Shown: positions 16,867-25,808 of the stretch, one piece after another
Layout: every line of letters starts with the position of its first letter
Numbering within the stretch: position 1 is the first letter of the stretch
Virus record (IMG/VR): IMGVR_UViG_3300027796_000318
Strand: one strand, 5' to 3'
Source of the DNA: a virus
DNA: 64,000 nt
Made by a program: the position numbers and the translations under genes
The notes under the pieces: generated by a model
Database searches by the model: none
Told to the model about the DNA's origin: nothing
Seen by the model: only the letters and a program-made list of their open reading frames with translations

Positions 16867-18017
16867 CCATGGGTATTCTTAATTTCCAGCCCGCCACCAG
16901 AGCCGGCGCCCGCCTGCTGATCCAGTTTTATGGCGGCAGCGAATCCGGCAAAACCCTGTCCGCCCTGAAGCTGATGGCCGGCATGGAACCGGACCCGTCC
17001 AAGCGGGTGCTGATCGACGCCGAGGCTGGGCGCGGACGGCTCTATTGCGACGCCATCGCCGGCGGCTACGTCTATGCCGAACTGACCCCGCCCTTCAGCC
17101 CGGAGAGGTACATCGCCGCCTTGGATGAGGTCGAAAAGGCCGGCTTCACCGTCGCCGCGTTCGACAGCCTTTCGCACCTCTGGGGCGGCGATGGTGGCGT
17201 CCTGGATATCGCCGACAGCAACGGCGGTAGGGGAGTGGCAAAGTGGAAAGACCCCAAGGCTCGGCTCGAAAAAGTCAAGCGCCGGCTGCTCACCAGTCGC
17301 TGCCACCTGATTTTCTGCACCCGCGCCAAGCAGCCGATGAAAGAGGTTGAAGTTAACGGCCGGAAGGAATGGGTGCGCCAGGATGAATGGGTCGAGCAGT
17401 TCGACAAGTCGTGGCGGTTCGAGCTGACCCTGGTGCTCCAGATGGTCGGTCGGGGGCATTTCCTGCACGAGTACCCGAAGGGGAAGGTGCCGGACGCCCT
17501 CAAACCGATCGTTGATGGGCTGGAACTCATCAACGAGGATGCTGGGCGCAAGCTGGCGACTTGGGTGGCCGGGGGTGAAGTTATCACCCCCGAGCAACAG
17601 GCTCTGCGGGTCAAGGCGGAGGAAGAGGCCAGGAAAGGCCGGGCCGCGCTGACGGCGTGGTGGAAAGCCCAGGCGAAAGACGCCCACGCCTTCCTCCGGG
17701 CATCGTCCGAGAATCTCGGGTCGATCGCCAAGGCCGCCGACGATGAGCGCGAACGGCTTGAACGCCTTCGCCAGCAGCAAGAGCGGGATGGCGACACCGA
17801 ATCTCTGGACAACCCGTTTGGGGCTGCCGGAATGCAGCCGGTAGGGTCCGACCCCCACACCGCCGCCCGTGCCGCCCTCGACGCGGCCACCACCCCGGCC
17901 GAGGTCGAAGCGGTGTGGGAATCGCTCTCGCACGAGGTCTGCAACGAGCTTGGCTGGCCAGCACACGAAGAGGCCATTGCCCGGGCGACCGGTGCCAGCG
18001 AGGAGGCTGCCCAATAA
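16863..18017 (+). CDS. Sak4-like AAA ATPase (ssDNA annealing)
   Basis: GGSESGKTLSAL, FDSLSHLW, HLIFCTRAK; follows the exonuclease. Confidence 0.85.
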   Translation: MTMGILNFQPATRAGARLLIQFYGGSESGKTLSALKLMAGMEPDPSKRVLIDAEAGRGRLYCDAIAGGYVYAELTPPFSPERYIAALDEVEKAGFTVAAFDSLSHLWGGDGGVLDIADSNGGRGVAKWKDPKARLEKVKRRLLTSRCHLIFCTRAKQPMKEVEVNGRKEWVRQDEWVEQFDKSWRFELTLVLQMVGRGHFLHEYPKGKVPDALKPIVDGLELINEDAGRKLATWVAGGEVITPEQQALRVKAEEEARKGRAALTAWWKAQAKDAHAFLRASSENLGSIAKAADDERERLERLRQQQERDGDTESLDNPFGAAGMQPVGSDPHTAARAALDAATTPAEVEAVWESLSHEVCNELGWPAHEEAIARATGASEEAAQ

Positions 18018-18754
18018 TGACCACCACCCCCAAAGAGGGCGCTCCGGCGCCCTCGATCGAAACCGCCGCCCAGCGGCGGGAAAGGCTGGAAAAAGTCATC
18101 ATAGGAATGACAGGCAAGGTGCTGATGGCTGAAGACCTTGTTGACGCCATCGTCGCGTCCGACCGCGCCGCCGGGTGTGATCCCGAGGCGCTGCTGGCGC
18201 TGATCGATTTGGAGCAGCGGGAAAAGCGGGATCTCCAGTATGAGCGCGACGCGGCGCGGGCCGAAATTGAGCGGCTGACGGTTGAAAATGCCGCGATCCG
18301 GCCGGCGGACGGGCATGGCGCCGCCATGTTATTTGATCTCTACAAGTCTCGCGGCGTCGATCTGGCAACGGCTCAGGCCGAGGTCAAGCGGCTGAAAGCC
18401 GATCTGACCAAGCAGAACGACCTCGCTGCTCGGCTGGCGGCGCTGGTGGCGGCGGCTAAGAAGGCAACGTGCCCCGATATCCGCTCGTGCGGTCGCGACG
18501 AAATGCATGGTTTGACCATCGGAGACGAGCGCGCCTATCTGGTTGAGGCTGACGCAATCGACCATCTTGGCCGTGCCCTCACCAACCTCCCCGCCCGCGC
18601 GGCGGCGCTGCTGGAGTGCGTCGGGGCGGCCGATACCTTGATTGCGGCGATCCAGAACGCAGTTGATGGCGGCCTCACACTGCCAGATGACGCGTGCGAC
18701 GCGATTAACGCGACAGTCAACGCCCTTGTGGCACTCGACGGGGAGAGCCGGTGA
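18017..18754 (+). CDS. Coiled-coil hypothetical phage protein
   Basis: TAATG coupling, GGAGG SD. Confidence 0.6.
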   Translation: MTTTPKEGAPAPSIETAAQRRERLEKVIIGMTGKVLMAEDLVDAIVASDRAAGCDPEALLALIDLEQREKRDLQYERDAARAEIERLTVENAAIRPADGHGAAMLFDLYKSRGVDLATAQAEVKRLKADLTKQNDLAARLAALVAAAKKATCPDIRSCGRDEMHGLTIGDERAYLVEADAIDHLGRALTNLPARAAALLECVGAADTLIAAIQNAVDGGLTLPDDACDAINATVNALVALDGESR

Positions 18755-19062
18755 TGCGCTCGTGGCAAGAAATTGAAGCGGAAGTCAAAGAAGCCGAAGC
18801 CGCGTTTAAGGCAAAAATTGCTGAATTGAACAGCTTGAGGAGACATTGCAAACATGACTGGAAAAAAATCACCTCAATGATGCCGTACGTTACGCAAGAG
18901 CGCGATTTATTCTCAGGTTTTACAATAAGGGTTGAGCACCCAGGAATTTACAAAGAAGAAATTACTTACGTTTGCCAATTGTGCGGACAAAAAAATGAGA
19001 TCGACCAGCAAAGACGCGCGGTTCCTGGCCACGGCTCACGCTGTGGCGCAGATCTGGAGTAA
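18751..19062 (+). CDS. Hypothetical Zn-ribbon protein
   Basis: CKHDW...VCQLCG. Confidence 0.55.
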   Translation: MMRSWQEIEAEVKEAEAAFKAKIAELNSLRRHCKHDWKKITSMMPYVTQERDLFSGFTIRVEHPGIYKEEITYVCQLCGQKNEIDQQRRAVPGHGSRCGADLE

Positions 19063-19189
19063 AGACCCGTCCACCCAGGTAAGTGCCGTGGTGGTGGAGT
19101 CGGCGCGCTCGATCGGAAAACACCCGCAAGCGGACGGTGATTTACGGGCGGCTCTCCGCGCCCTCGACGGGGAGGTGCGCCATGATTGA
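18995..19189 (+). pseudogene. dCMP deaminase N-terminal remnant
   Basis: DARFLATAHAVAQIWSKDPSTQVSAVVV motif, then no HAE or PCxxC catalytic part. Confidence 0.6.
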
Positions 19190-19580
19190 CCTCGACGAAC
19201 TGGAGCGACTGGCGCGGGCGGCGATTGAAAAAGAGCCGCAGGAGCCCGACGATACCGCATTTCCCGGATGCTCTACATCGTGGACGAAAACGGCCCGAGA
19301 CTTCATCGCCTCTGCCAACCCGGCCACCGTCCTTGGATTAATCGCCGCGCTTCGGGCCGCCCGCGCCGAGGGTCAAGCGGAGGGGGCCCGGCGGGCGGCG
19401 GCGGTGGTGGAGGCTGTACGTCGCAGCACATCAGCGATCGGTCGGGGGGTATGCGACGACATTCTCGACTTGCTGTCCGGCCGGCCTGAGTCAAACCCGT
19501 CGTGCGAGACATGCGTTGATTTTCAATGTTGCGGGGTTGACCCGCGCCCCTGCCATCAGCCCCGCGAGGTAACGTCATGA
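19182..19580 (+). CDS. Ead/Ea22-like protein
   Basis: MIDLDELERLARAA...ARDFIASANPATVLGLIAAL. Confidence 0.6.
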   Translation: MIDLDELERLARAAIEKEPQEPDDTAFPGCSTSWTKTARDFIASANPATVLGLIAALRAARAEGQAEGARRAAAVVEAVRRSTSAIGRGVCDDILDLLSGRPESNPSCETCVDFQCCGVDPRPCHQPREVTS

Positions 19581-20609
19581 CCCGGCAGGCGTCTGGAACT
19601 TGGCTTCGAGGGACTCGAGGCGAGTCTCAAGGGCGCGCATAAGATTCCCCGTTGCCTCTGCCGCCAGCACCTCAGCCTTTTCGGCGCGCCGCTCTGCCCG
19701 CCCGACATCCGCCCGTGCCGACGCGATCGCCTTATCTGCGTCGGCACGGATCCGGGCGACCTCGGCGTCGTGAGCCTGCCGTCCGGCGTCGGCCTCGGCT
19801 CGCACCTCGGCAACCGCTTTGTCGGTAGCGGCCCGCACCTCGGCGATCTCGCTCTCGTGGGCTTGCCGTTGCGCTGCCGCCTCCGCGTGAATTTGCTCTA
19901 CCGCCGCCGCCAGTCGGTCGACCTCGGCCTTGGCGGCGACCTTCGTCTCGGCCATTGCGGCCTCAAGGTCGGCGACGCGCGCCTCGGCTTTCGCGGCGTG
20001 CTCGGACGCGGCCGCCAGTGCGGCGACGGCCGCGTCGCGCTCCTCAGTGACCCGATCGCCCCGCGCCTGCGCTGCGTCGACGGCGGCGAGCGCCCGACCA
20101 AGCTCGCCGCGAACGACCTCAAGCTCGGCCTCGCGCCCGTCAAGTTGCTGTGCCATCTCGGCCTCATCCTCGCGCGCGTCGGCAATATCGGCCTGCGCGG
20201 CGGTGATCGTGTCGGCGATTTGCTGATCGGCTGTCTGACGAGCCAGGGCGACTTTTTGGTCGGCGGCCGCTTGGATCGCCTGCTGGGCGGACGCGGCGGC
20301 AGTGCGCTCGCGCTCGATCAGCGCGTTGACGGTGCCGAGGATGACGGAGGTCAGCCCGTCGAGGGCCTGCGTGATGCCGGGCAACGCTTCGAGGTCGGCC
20401 ACCTCGGCCGCCCGCGGCTGCTCCGGTTCCGGCTGGGGCTGCTCCGGCGCCGCGCGGCGCGCGTCCTTCCAGGTCGCCAACAACGGCAGGATGTCGTTCG
20501 GGCTGCCACCCCCGAGTTCCGCGCGGACGCGGCTGACGGTCGGCCGGTCGCCTCGGGCAGCGATAGCTTCGGCGGCAGCAGCGACGGATTCAGCGGTGAC
20601 GATGGCCAT
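19575..20609 (-). CDS. KfrA-like DNA-binding coiled-coil protein
   Basis: VAAAAEAIAARGDRPTVSRVRAELGGGSPNDI N-terminus plus long Ala/Glu helix. Confidence 0.85.
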   Translation of the reverse strand: MAIVTAESVAAAAEAIAARGDRPTVSRVRAELGGGSPNDILPLLATWKDARRAAPEQPQPEPEQPRAAEVADLEALPGITQALDGLTSVILGTVNALIERERTAAASAQQAIQAAADQKVALARQTADQQIADTITAAQADIADAREDEAEMAQQLDGREAELEVVRGELGRALAAVDAAQARGDRVTEERDAAVAALAAASEHAAKAEARVADLEAAMAETKVAAKAEVDRLAAAVEQIHAEAAAQRQAHESEIAEVRAATDKAVAEVRAEADAGRQAHDAEVARIRADADKAIASARADVGRAERRAEKAEVLAAEATGNLMRALETRLESLEAKFQTPAGS

Positions 20610-20779
20610 TGCGGGATTTCCGATTAGGGGACTTTATGATAATAATATCACTCCTTAATAATAATATTAATATGATATTTTATTATAAATTATGTTTGCT
20701 GCCGAACCGCTGGCCTGGGGTGCTGGAAGACGCAGGCTCAGCCATCCGCACGATCCTGGCCGAACTCGAACGACAGACC

Positions 20780-20856
20780 GATATTGAAATAATAGCGTAT
20801 CGATGTCATAAAGATATTGGATCGATATCGCTGTGATATCGTATCGATATAGCAGG
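20780..20856. repeat. parS-like array 1
   Basis: GATATCG-like heptads at exact 11-bp period: 20780, 20791, 20802, 20813, 20824, 20835, 20846. Confidence 0.8.
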
Positions 20857-20861
20857 CACAA

Positions 20862-21506
20862 ATGATTCTAGCTGTTGCAAACACGAAAGGCGGGGTCGGC
20901 AAAACAACCCTCGCCGTCAATATCGCGATCGAGCGCGCCACCCGGGGCCGGCGAGATGTGCTGCTGGTCGACGCCGACGACCAGGCAACCGCAACCGACT
21001 TCACCGCACAGCGTGAGCAGCACCGGGGGTCAACGGGGTACGCGGCGATCCAGCTTTCCGGGGCGGCCGTGCGAAGCCAGGTCATGGCAATGGCTTCCAA
21101 ATTTGGCGAGGTAGTGATCGATGTTGGCGGGCGCGACACGACCGCCCTTCGCGCTGCGCTGACCGTGGCCAATGTGGCGCTGATCCCATTCCAGCCGAGA
21201 TCATTTGATGTCTGGGCGATGGAAAAAATCACCGGCCTTGTGACGGAGGCGCGACTGGTGAATTCGGCCCTACGGGCGCTTGCCATCGTGTCCTGCGCCG
21301 ATCCGATGGGGGATGACAACAGGGAAGCCGCCGCCGCGATGGCGGACAACACCGAGGTCGAGCTGATCAGTGTGATGATCGGCCGGCGCAAGGCGTTCCC
21401 GAACGCCGCGTCCCTTGGCCTGTCCGTGCTGGAAATGCCCCGGCCAGACGGCAAGGCCTGCAACGAACTGAAGCTCTTGGCGGATCGGCTTTATACCAAT
21501 ATCTAA
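20862..21506 (+). CDS. parA: ParA-family partition ATPase (short, type Ib)
   Basis: NTKGGVGKTT, LLVDADDQ, VIDVGG. Confidence 0.93.
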   Translation: MILAVANTKGGVGKTTLAVNIAIERATRGRRDVLLVDADDQATATDFTAQREQHRGSTGYAAIQLSGAAVRSQVMAMASKFGEVVIDVGGRDTTALRAALTVANVALIPFQPRSFDVWAMEKITGLVTEARLVNSALRALAIVSCADPMGDDNREAAAAMADNTEVELISVMIGRRKAFPNAASLGLSVLEMPRPDGKACNELKLLADRLYTNI

Positions 21507-21570
21507 TCGGCATCGAAAAGGTATCGAAGCGATATCATAGCGACATCGGAGCGACATCGAATGGCTATCA
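21498..21570. repeat. parS-like array 2
   Basis: Heptads at 21498, 21509, 21520, 21531, 21542, 21553, 21564 (GACATCG/GATATCA-like). Confidence 0.8.
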
Positions 21571-21803
21571 CACCGAAGCCACCAAGGGCACCGGCCAGGG
21601 ACACGGAAGCCGCCGCCACAGAGTTTATTATGGGGGCAACCCCCCCTCCACAGGCCCCCGAAAAGGCCAAAAAAGAGCCGGTCATTCTCCGATTTGACGG
21701 GGTGTTGTTGAAGAAAATCGATGCCCGTGCCTCGCGCATGGGGCTGAGCCGGGCAGCCTGGGTGCGGATGGTGCTGACGGAGAAATTGGCCGAGGAGGCG
21801 TGA
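21561..21803 (+). CDS. Ribbon-helix-helix centromere-binding protein (ParG-like)
   Basis: PVILRFDGVLLKKIDARASRMGLSRAAWVRMVL. Confidence 0.85.
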   Translation: MAITPKPPRAPARDTEAAATEFIMGATPPPQAPEKAKKEPVILRFDGVLLKKIDARASRMGLSRAAWVRMVLTEKLAEEA

Positions 21804-21854
21804 GTCTGGATTCGCCTTGCTTCGTGCGAGCGATCGAGTAGGCTGAAAAGCGAA

Positions 21855-21879
21855 GCCCCGGCGCTACCAACGCCGGGGC
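21855..21879 (-). terminator. Hairpin in rep leader (possible countertranscript terminator)
   Basis: GCCCCGGCG-7-CGCCGGGGC followed by TTCGCTTTT on the minus strand. Confidence 0.45.
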
Positions 21880-21983
21880 CTCAGATTGGATAGACGGCGC
21901 TTAACCCGCCGACACACCATCAACGCCCGGATTATGTCCGGGGTGTGGGCTGCGGGTCAAGTGCCTCTTTTGAGGCCCGAAGT

Positions 21984-22712
21984 GTGACTCGCAAAATCCC
22001 CCCCTTATCCCCGCTTGGCGCTGCGCTGCTGGCAGAACTGCAAAGCCTACCGCCACCCCCGGCCTATGCCGGCCCTCGGCCGGAGACGGCGATCGAGCGC
22101 GCGCCCTGGCGGTGCTGGCGTGGCTCAGGCCGGATGCCGGTCCGATGGCGTCCGCTGGCCAAGACCGATGCGCTGCGTTGGTTTGAGCAGGCCGAGCGGT
22201 GGCCAGCCCGGCAAGCTCTGCCCGGACGGGGGCGGGCGGCACTGGCAGTGCTGCGGGCGCTGCTGTTCCGATTCCTGAGCTGGAAAACCGGCCGGCTGGA
22301 TCCGAGCTATGAAGCAATCGCTCATGCCGCCGGCTATTGTCGGTCGGCGGTAGCCGTGGCCCTGACCCAGCTTCGCGACCTGGGTATCCTGGCATGGGAG
22401 CGCCGCTGCCGTGCGACAACAGGCCAGGACGGCCGGTTTGCGCTGGAGCAGGAAAGCAACGCCTATGTGATCAATGCGCCGGCCGAGTGGAGTGGGATCG
22501 AGCCGGCGCCGGGCCAACCGCCTCTCGACCGGATTGACCTCGGGCTCGCCCCGCCGCCGGCCGGCGGCGGCCACGACATGGCTGTCGCCGCCATCAAGGA
22601 GCGGGCCGGCATGGCTGCAATTCTTGAGGCCTTAGAGTCAGACCCGGATGATCCCCTCGCCGCCACCCTGGCCCGGCTCGGCCGAGCAATCCATCGCCCA
22701 CCGGACGGGTGA
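21984..22712 (+). CDS. Plasmid-type HTH replication protein
   Basis: GRLDPSYEAIAHAAGYCRSAVAVALTQLRDLGILAWERR...QESNAY; GTG start inferred. Confidence 0.7.
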   Translation: MTRKIPPLSPLGAALLAELQSLPPPPAYAGPRPETAIERAPWRCWRGSGRMPVRWRPLAKTDALRWFEQAERWPARQALPGRGRAALAVLRALLFRFLSWKTGRLDPSYEAIAHAAGYCRSAVAVALTQLRDLGILAWERRCRATTGQDGRFALEQESNAYVINAPAEWSGIEPAPGQPPLDRIDLGLAPPPAGGGHDMAVAAIKERAGMAAILEALESDPDDPLAATLARLGRAIHRPPDG

Positions 22713-23155
22713 ATCCCACCGCCGTCCCGCGCCGCCACCTCCCGCCCCGATCGAGGCGCGGGACGATGCTTCACGCCCTGATCGCCCCGCTACCGCCGGG
22801 CGACGGCTATTTCAGCCAGCGATCCGCCAAATTTCCGCGAAAATCCGCCTCGAATCGTGCTTCATCCCGCCAAGTCTCAGCCCCGGCAATGCCGCCCGGA
22901 TCTTCGTGAGCCCTTCTGGAGTCCAAAAAGTGGATGGAAACCAAAAACACTCATAAATATGAAGCTACACCATTTTCAAAAAATGGCCCGGGCAACGTGG
23001 CCAATGCCCAAAAGGAACTCAAACGCGAAACTCGACAATGGGAAAGCGTGCCGTATAAGCCATACCACCTGCTTCAAAGACGGGTGATATCAAGCAGCCA
23101 TACCATTGTAAAAAAAGAAAAATTTGCTCGGTAAGGCGTTCAGTCTTGCCGCTTT

Positions 23156-24388
23156 CTAACGCACCGCTTCCTGCCGCGCCCCAATCAGCCCAAACACCGA
23201 CCGCTCACCCGCCGACGCCGTGGTCCGGTCCAGTGCCCGCGCTTGGAACAGGTGGCCATAGACATCGAGGGTAAACGCCGCTGACTCATGCCCGACCCAT
23301 TGACTGATCTGCTTGACATCGGCGCCCTCGTCGATCCACAGGCTGACGGCGAAATGCCGCAACTTGTGCGGCGTATACCGGGGCTCCCCGTCCTCACCCA
23401 CCAGCCTGAGCCGGCGCTGGAGCGGGTCGAACTGATTGCGGATAATGTTAGTCAGCGACAAGACTGGCACGCGGCCCGGTTTGACCCGGCTCCCGCTGGA
23501 GGCAAAGACTAGACCCGCCGCATTGGCTGGACACACCCCACGCCAATCCCGCAGCATTCCGAGCAGGATATCACCGATCGGCACTCGCCGCAGCGCGGCC
23601 GCCGTTTTGACCGGGCCAAGGTTACCCCAAGCGTCTGCCGCCGTCCGCACCTCGATCCAGCCGGCCTCCAGATTGACCGCACCCCAGGTCAGGCCTCGGG
23701 CTTCCCCCGGCCGAAGTCCGGCCAGCGCAATGCAGGCCAGCCAGGGCTGGAGCCAGGGAGCCGCCCGCACCGGGCCGCCGCCAGTCGGCCAAGCCTTGCT
23801 GGCGTCAGCGCCCTCAATCAGCGCCCGCACGTCCTCCCGCTCGGGGCAGACCGCCCGGGTCGAGGATCGCGCCTCAATGTCCCGCCGCCGGATTCGTCGC
23901 CGCGCCCGGAGCGCCCGAACCGGATTGTGTGCCGCCCGGCCCGTCCTGATCGCCTCATCGATGATCGCGCCCAGCGTCTTTTTGGCCCGGCTCACCGTGT
24001 CATCGCTCCGCCCGGCCGCAGACAGATCATCGAGAAACGCCTGCACCGTTGCCGGGGTAATGGCCGACAGCCGACGGCCAGCCAGCAGCGGGGCGATCTG
24101 GTTGTTGTAGGCCAGCCTGTGCCCGGCCAGCGTCGAGGGGGCCGCGCCGTCCTGCTCGATCGCCGTCAAGAACAGTTCAGCCGCCCGCGCCACCGTCGGC
24201 GAGTCGCTGCTCGCCACATGCGTCCCGGCCCGGATCTGCTCCTGGACCTCAACATAACGCGCCTGCGCCGCCGCCCGGGTCGGAAACGATTCCTGGTGCC
24301 GTTTCCCGGCCGCGTCCCGGTAATCGCACACCCAGCCCGGCTTGCCGCTCTTGGGCGTGTATGAGGATTTTCGAATGCCCATCAGCAT
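23156..24388 (-). CDS. int: Tyrosine integrase
   Basis: Arm-binding N-terminus (WVCDYRDAAGKR), GLRPGE, HKLRH, VGH, TLDVYGH. Confidence 0.95.
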   Translation of the reverse strand: MLMGIRKSSYTPKSGKPGWVCDYRDAAGKRHQESFPTRAAAQARYVEVQEQIRAGTHVASSDSPTVARAAELFLTAIEQDGAAPSTLAGHRLAYNNQIAPLLAGRRLSAITPATVQAFLDDLSAAGRSDDTVSRAKKTLGAIIDEAIRTGRAAHNPVRALRARRRIRRRDIEARSSTRAVCPEREDVRALIEGADASKAWPTGGGPVRAAPWLQPWLACIALAGLRPGEARGLTWGAVNLEAGWIEVRTAADAWGNLGPVKTAAALRRVPIGDILLGMLRDWRGVCPANAAGLVFASSGSRVKPGRVPVLSLTNIIRNQFDPLQRRLRLVGEDGEPRYTPHKLRHFAVSLWIDEGADVKQISQWVGHESAAFTLDVYGHLFQARALDRTTASAGERSVFGLIGARQEAVR

Positions 24389-24484
24389 CGAATCTAGCCC
24401 TTCAGCAGGTTGGGAAAAAGCCTGATCGGTGGCCGCTCAAGCAAAAAGGGTGTCCCGAAGGACGCCCTGGTGGGAACCAATAAT

Positions 24485-24525
24485 GTATCTACAAAAACCT
24501 TGTTCTGGTCTGTTTTTGTAGATAC
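24485..24525. promoter_or_regulatory. 13-bp inverted repeat upstream of brnT (probable BrnA operator)
   Basis: GTATCTACAAAAA-15-TTTTTGTAGATAC. Confidence 0.6.
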
Positions 24526-24535
24526 GATAATGATC

Positions 24536-24805
24536 ATGGACACGTGGGACGAAACCAAACGCACCAAGACCCTTCTCGAACGAGGGCTTGATTTTGCTGA
24601 TGCGGAAGCGGTGTTCAGGGGCCGCCATTTCACCCGAGCCAACGCTCGAAAGGATTACGGCGAACCCCGCTTCATCACTGCGGGATGGATCGACGGTCGT
24701 TTCGTTGTCCTGGTGTGGACGCCGCGCGATGGTGAGCGGCGCATTATTTCAATGAGGTACGGCCATGCCGACGAAGAAAACCAATGCCGAAGCTGCTTGG
24801 GTTGA
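24536..24805 (+). CDS. brnT: BrnT toxin (DUF497)
   Basis: WDETKRTKTLLERGLDFADA...DYGEPRFITAG...RRIISMR. Confidence 0.93.
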   Translation: MDTWDETKRTKTLLERGLDFADAEAVFRGRHFTRANARKDYGEPRFITAGWIDGRFVVLVWTPRDGERRIISMRYGHADEENQCRSCLG

Positions 24806-25025
24806 CCCTGATGACGCCCCGGAATTGACGGCCGACTGGTTTGCCGGCGCGGACTTGTATGAGGGCCAAAAGCTCATTCGCAAGGGAGGCCGCCCCAAGT
24901 CGGAGAACCCCAAGCGATCCGTGAATATCCGCCTTGATGCCGACCTTCTCGATCATCTCCGCGCCAGTGGTCCCGGTTGGCAGTCGCGGGTGAATGAGAC
25001 TCTGCGGAAGGCGGTAGGGCTCTGA
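24765..25025 (+). CDS. brnA: BrnA antitoxin
   Basis: DPDDAPEL...GRPKSENPK...IRLDADLLDHLRASGPGWQSRVNETLRK. Confidence 0.93.
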   Translation: MPTKKTNAEAAWVDPDDAPELTADWFAGADLYEGQKLIRKGGRPKSENPKRSVNIRLDADLLDHLRASGPGWQSRVNETLRKAVGL

Positions 25026-25060
25026 AAAGAAAAGGGCCGCCTCTTTCGAGAGCGGCCCCG
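25025..25060 (-). terminator. Intrinsic terminator, copy 1 of a 36-bp direct repeat
   Basis: Minus strand GGGGCCGCTCTC-GAAA-GAGGCGGCCC-TTTTCTTTT. Confidence 0.8.
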
Positions 25061-25082
25061 GTTGGGTCAAGTGGTGGTTAGG

Positions 25083-25808
25083 TCAGCGGCGTCCCCTGAG
25101 AATCACCAGGGTCGCGAGTTCGTTTCCGGTGATCGGGCCATCGGCGAGCGGATGGTATTCGGCCGGGTCGAGGCCGTTTTCGGCATAGGTCGGATGCGGC
25201 TTTTCCCACAGGCGCCGGGCAGCGCAGCCGGTGCAGAACGGCGGCTCGGTGAAGGTCGGAGCCAGCAGGGCAAGCTGATCGGGGCCGGCTCCGGGCAGGC
25301 CGAGTTCCTTCCACATCGCCTGCGCCGCACGGGGGCCATTGACCTTCCGGCACTCGGCCACCAGCAGGCGCTTCTCGCGGAGGGACAGCGGCGCGCTGTT
25401 CCGCTCGCGGAGGTGCCGGCCGATCACCTGGGCGGCCGCGCGGTCGGCGATCTCGTCGAGGGTGTCATCGTTGGCCGGCGTCAGCTTGCCCCGGCGGTAG
25501 GCGAGATAGACCTCGATCACCTCGCGGCGCACGGCGGCGGCGTCGGGCGTTTTGCTGAACATGCAGATCAGGATGATCTGGGGTTCGTTGAGGCGATACT
25601 CGGTGAATTCCTGGCCGCGTGACTTGCGGTGCCGCGCCGCGAGTGAGCCGTATGTCTCCAGTTCCCCTTGATTCCGCTCGACAAGTTGGCGGATGTCGCG
25701 GGTCCGGGAATATCCCAGGCGCTCGGCAACCCGCAAATCAAGGATGCGCGGTTCGTCGTCGAACGAGGCGTCGAGGTCGGCGGTGGTGATGGGGGCGATG
25801 GCGTTCAT
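25083..25808 (-). CDS. Antirepressor-like DNA-binding protein (paralog of 59502-60437)
   Basis: DEPRILDLRVAERLGYSRTRDIRQLVERN...IEVYLAYRRG. Confidence 0.7.
   Translation of the reverse strand: MNAIAPITTADLDASFDDEPRILDLRVAERLGYSRTRDIRQLVERNQGELETYGSLAARHRKSRGQEFTEYRLNEPQIILICMFSKTPDAAAVRREVIEVYLAYRRGKLTPANDDTLDEIADRAAAQVIGRHLRERNSAPLSLREKRLLVAECRKVNGPRAAQAMWKELGLPGAGPDQLALLAPTFTEPPFCTGCAARRLWEKPHPTYAENGLDPAEYHPLADGPITGNELATLVILRGRR

Larger units (their letters stand above)
1..19580. mobile_element. Prophage A (lambdoid layout, HK97-type head), truncated at left window edge
   Basis: Ordered portal-terL-terS-HNH, late regulator, replication, cro/cI and recombination modules. att sites not identified. 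Confidence 0.9.
19575..22712. mobile_element. Plasmid-type maintenance module (KfrA, ParA, RHH, Rep)
   Basis: Gene content plus two 11-bp-periodic repeat arrays. Confidence 0.75.

Noticed and set aside
24485-24525. Inverted repeat as attP/attL core or IS end
   Set aside because: 15-bp spacer is too long for a tyrosine recombinase core, no transposase or second copy seen; position fits a brnTA operator.
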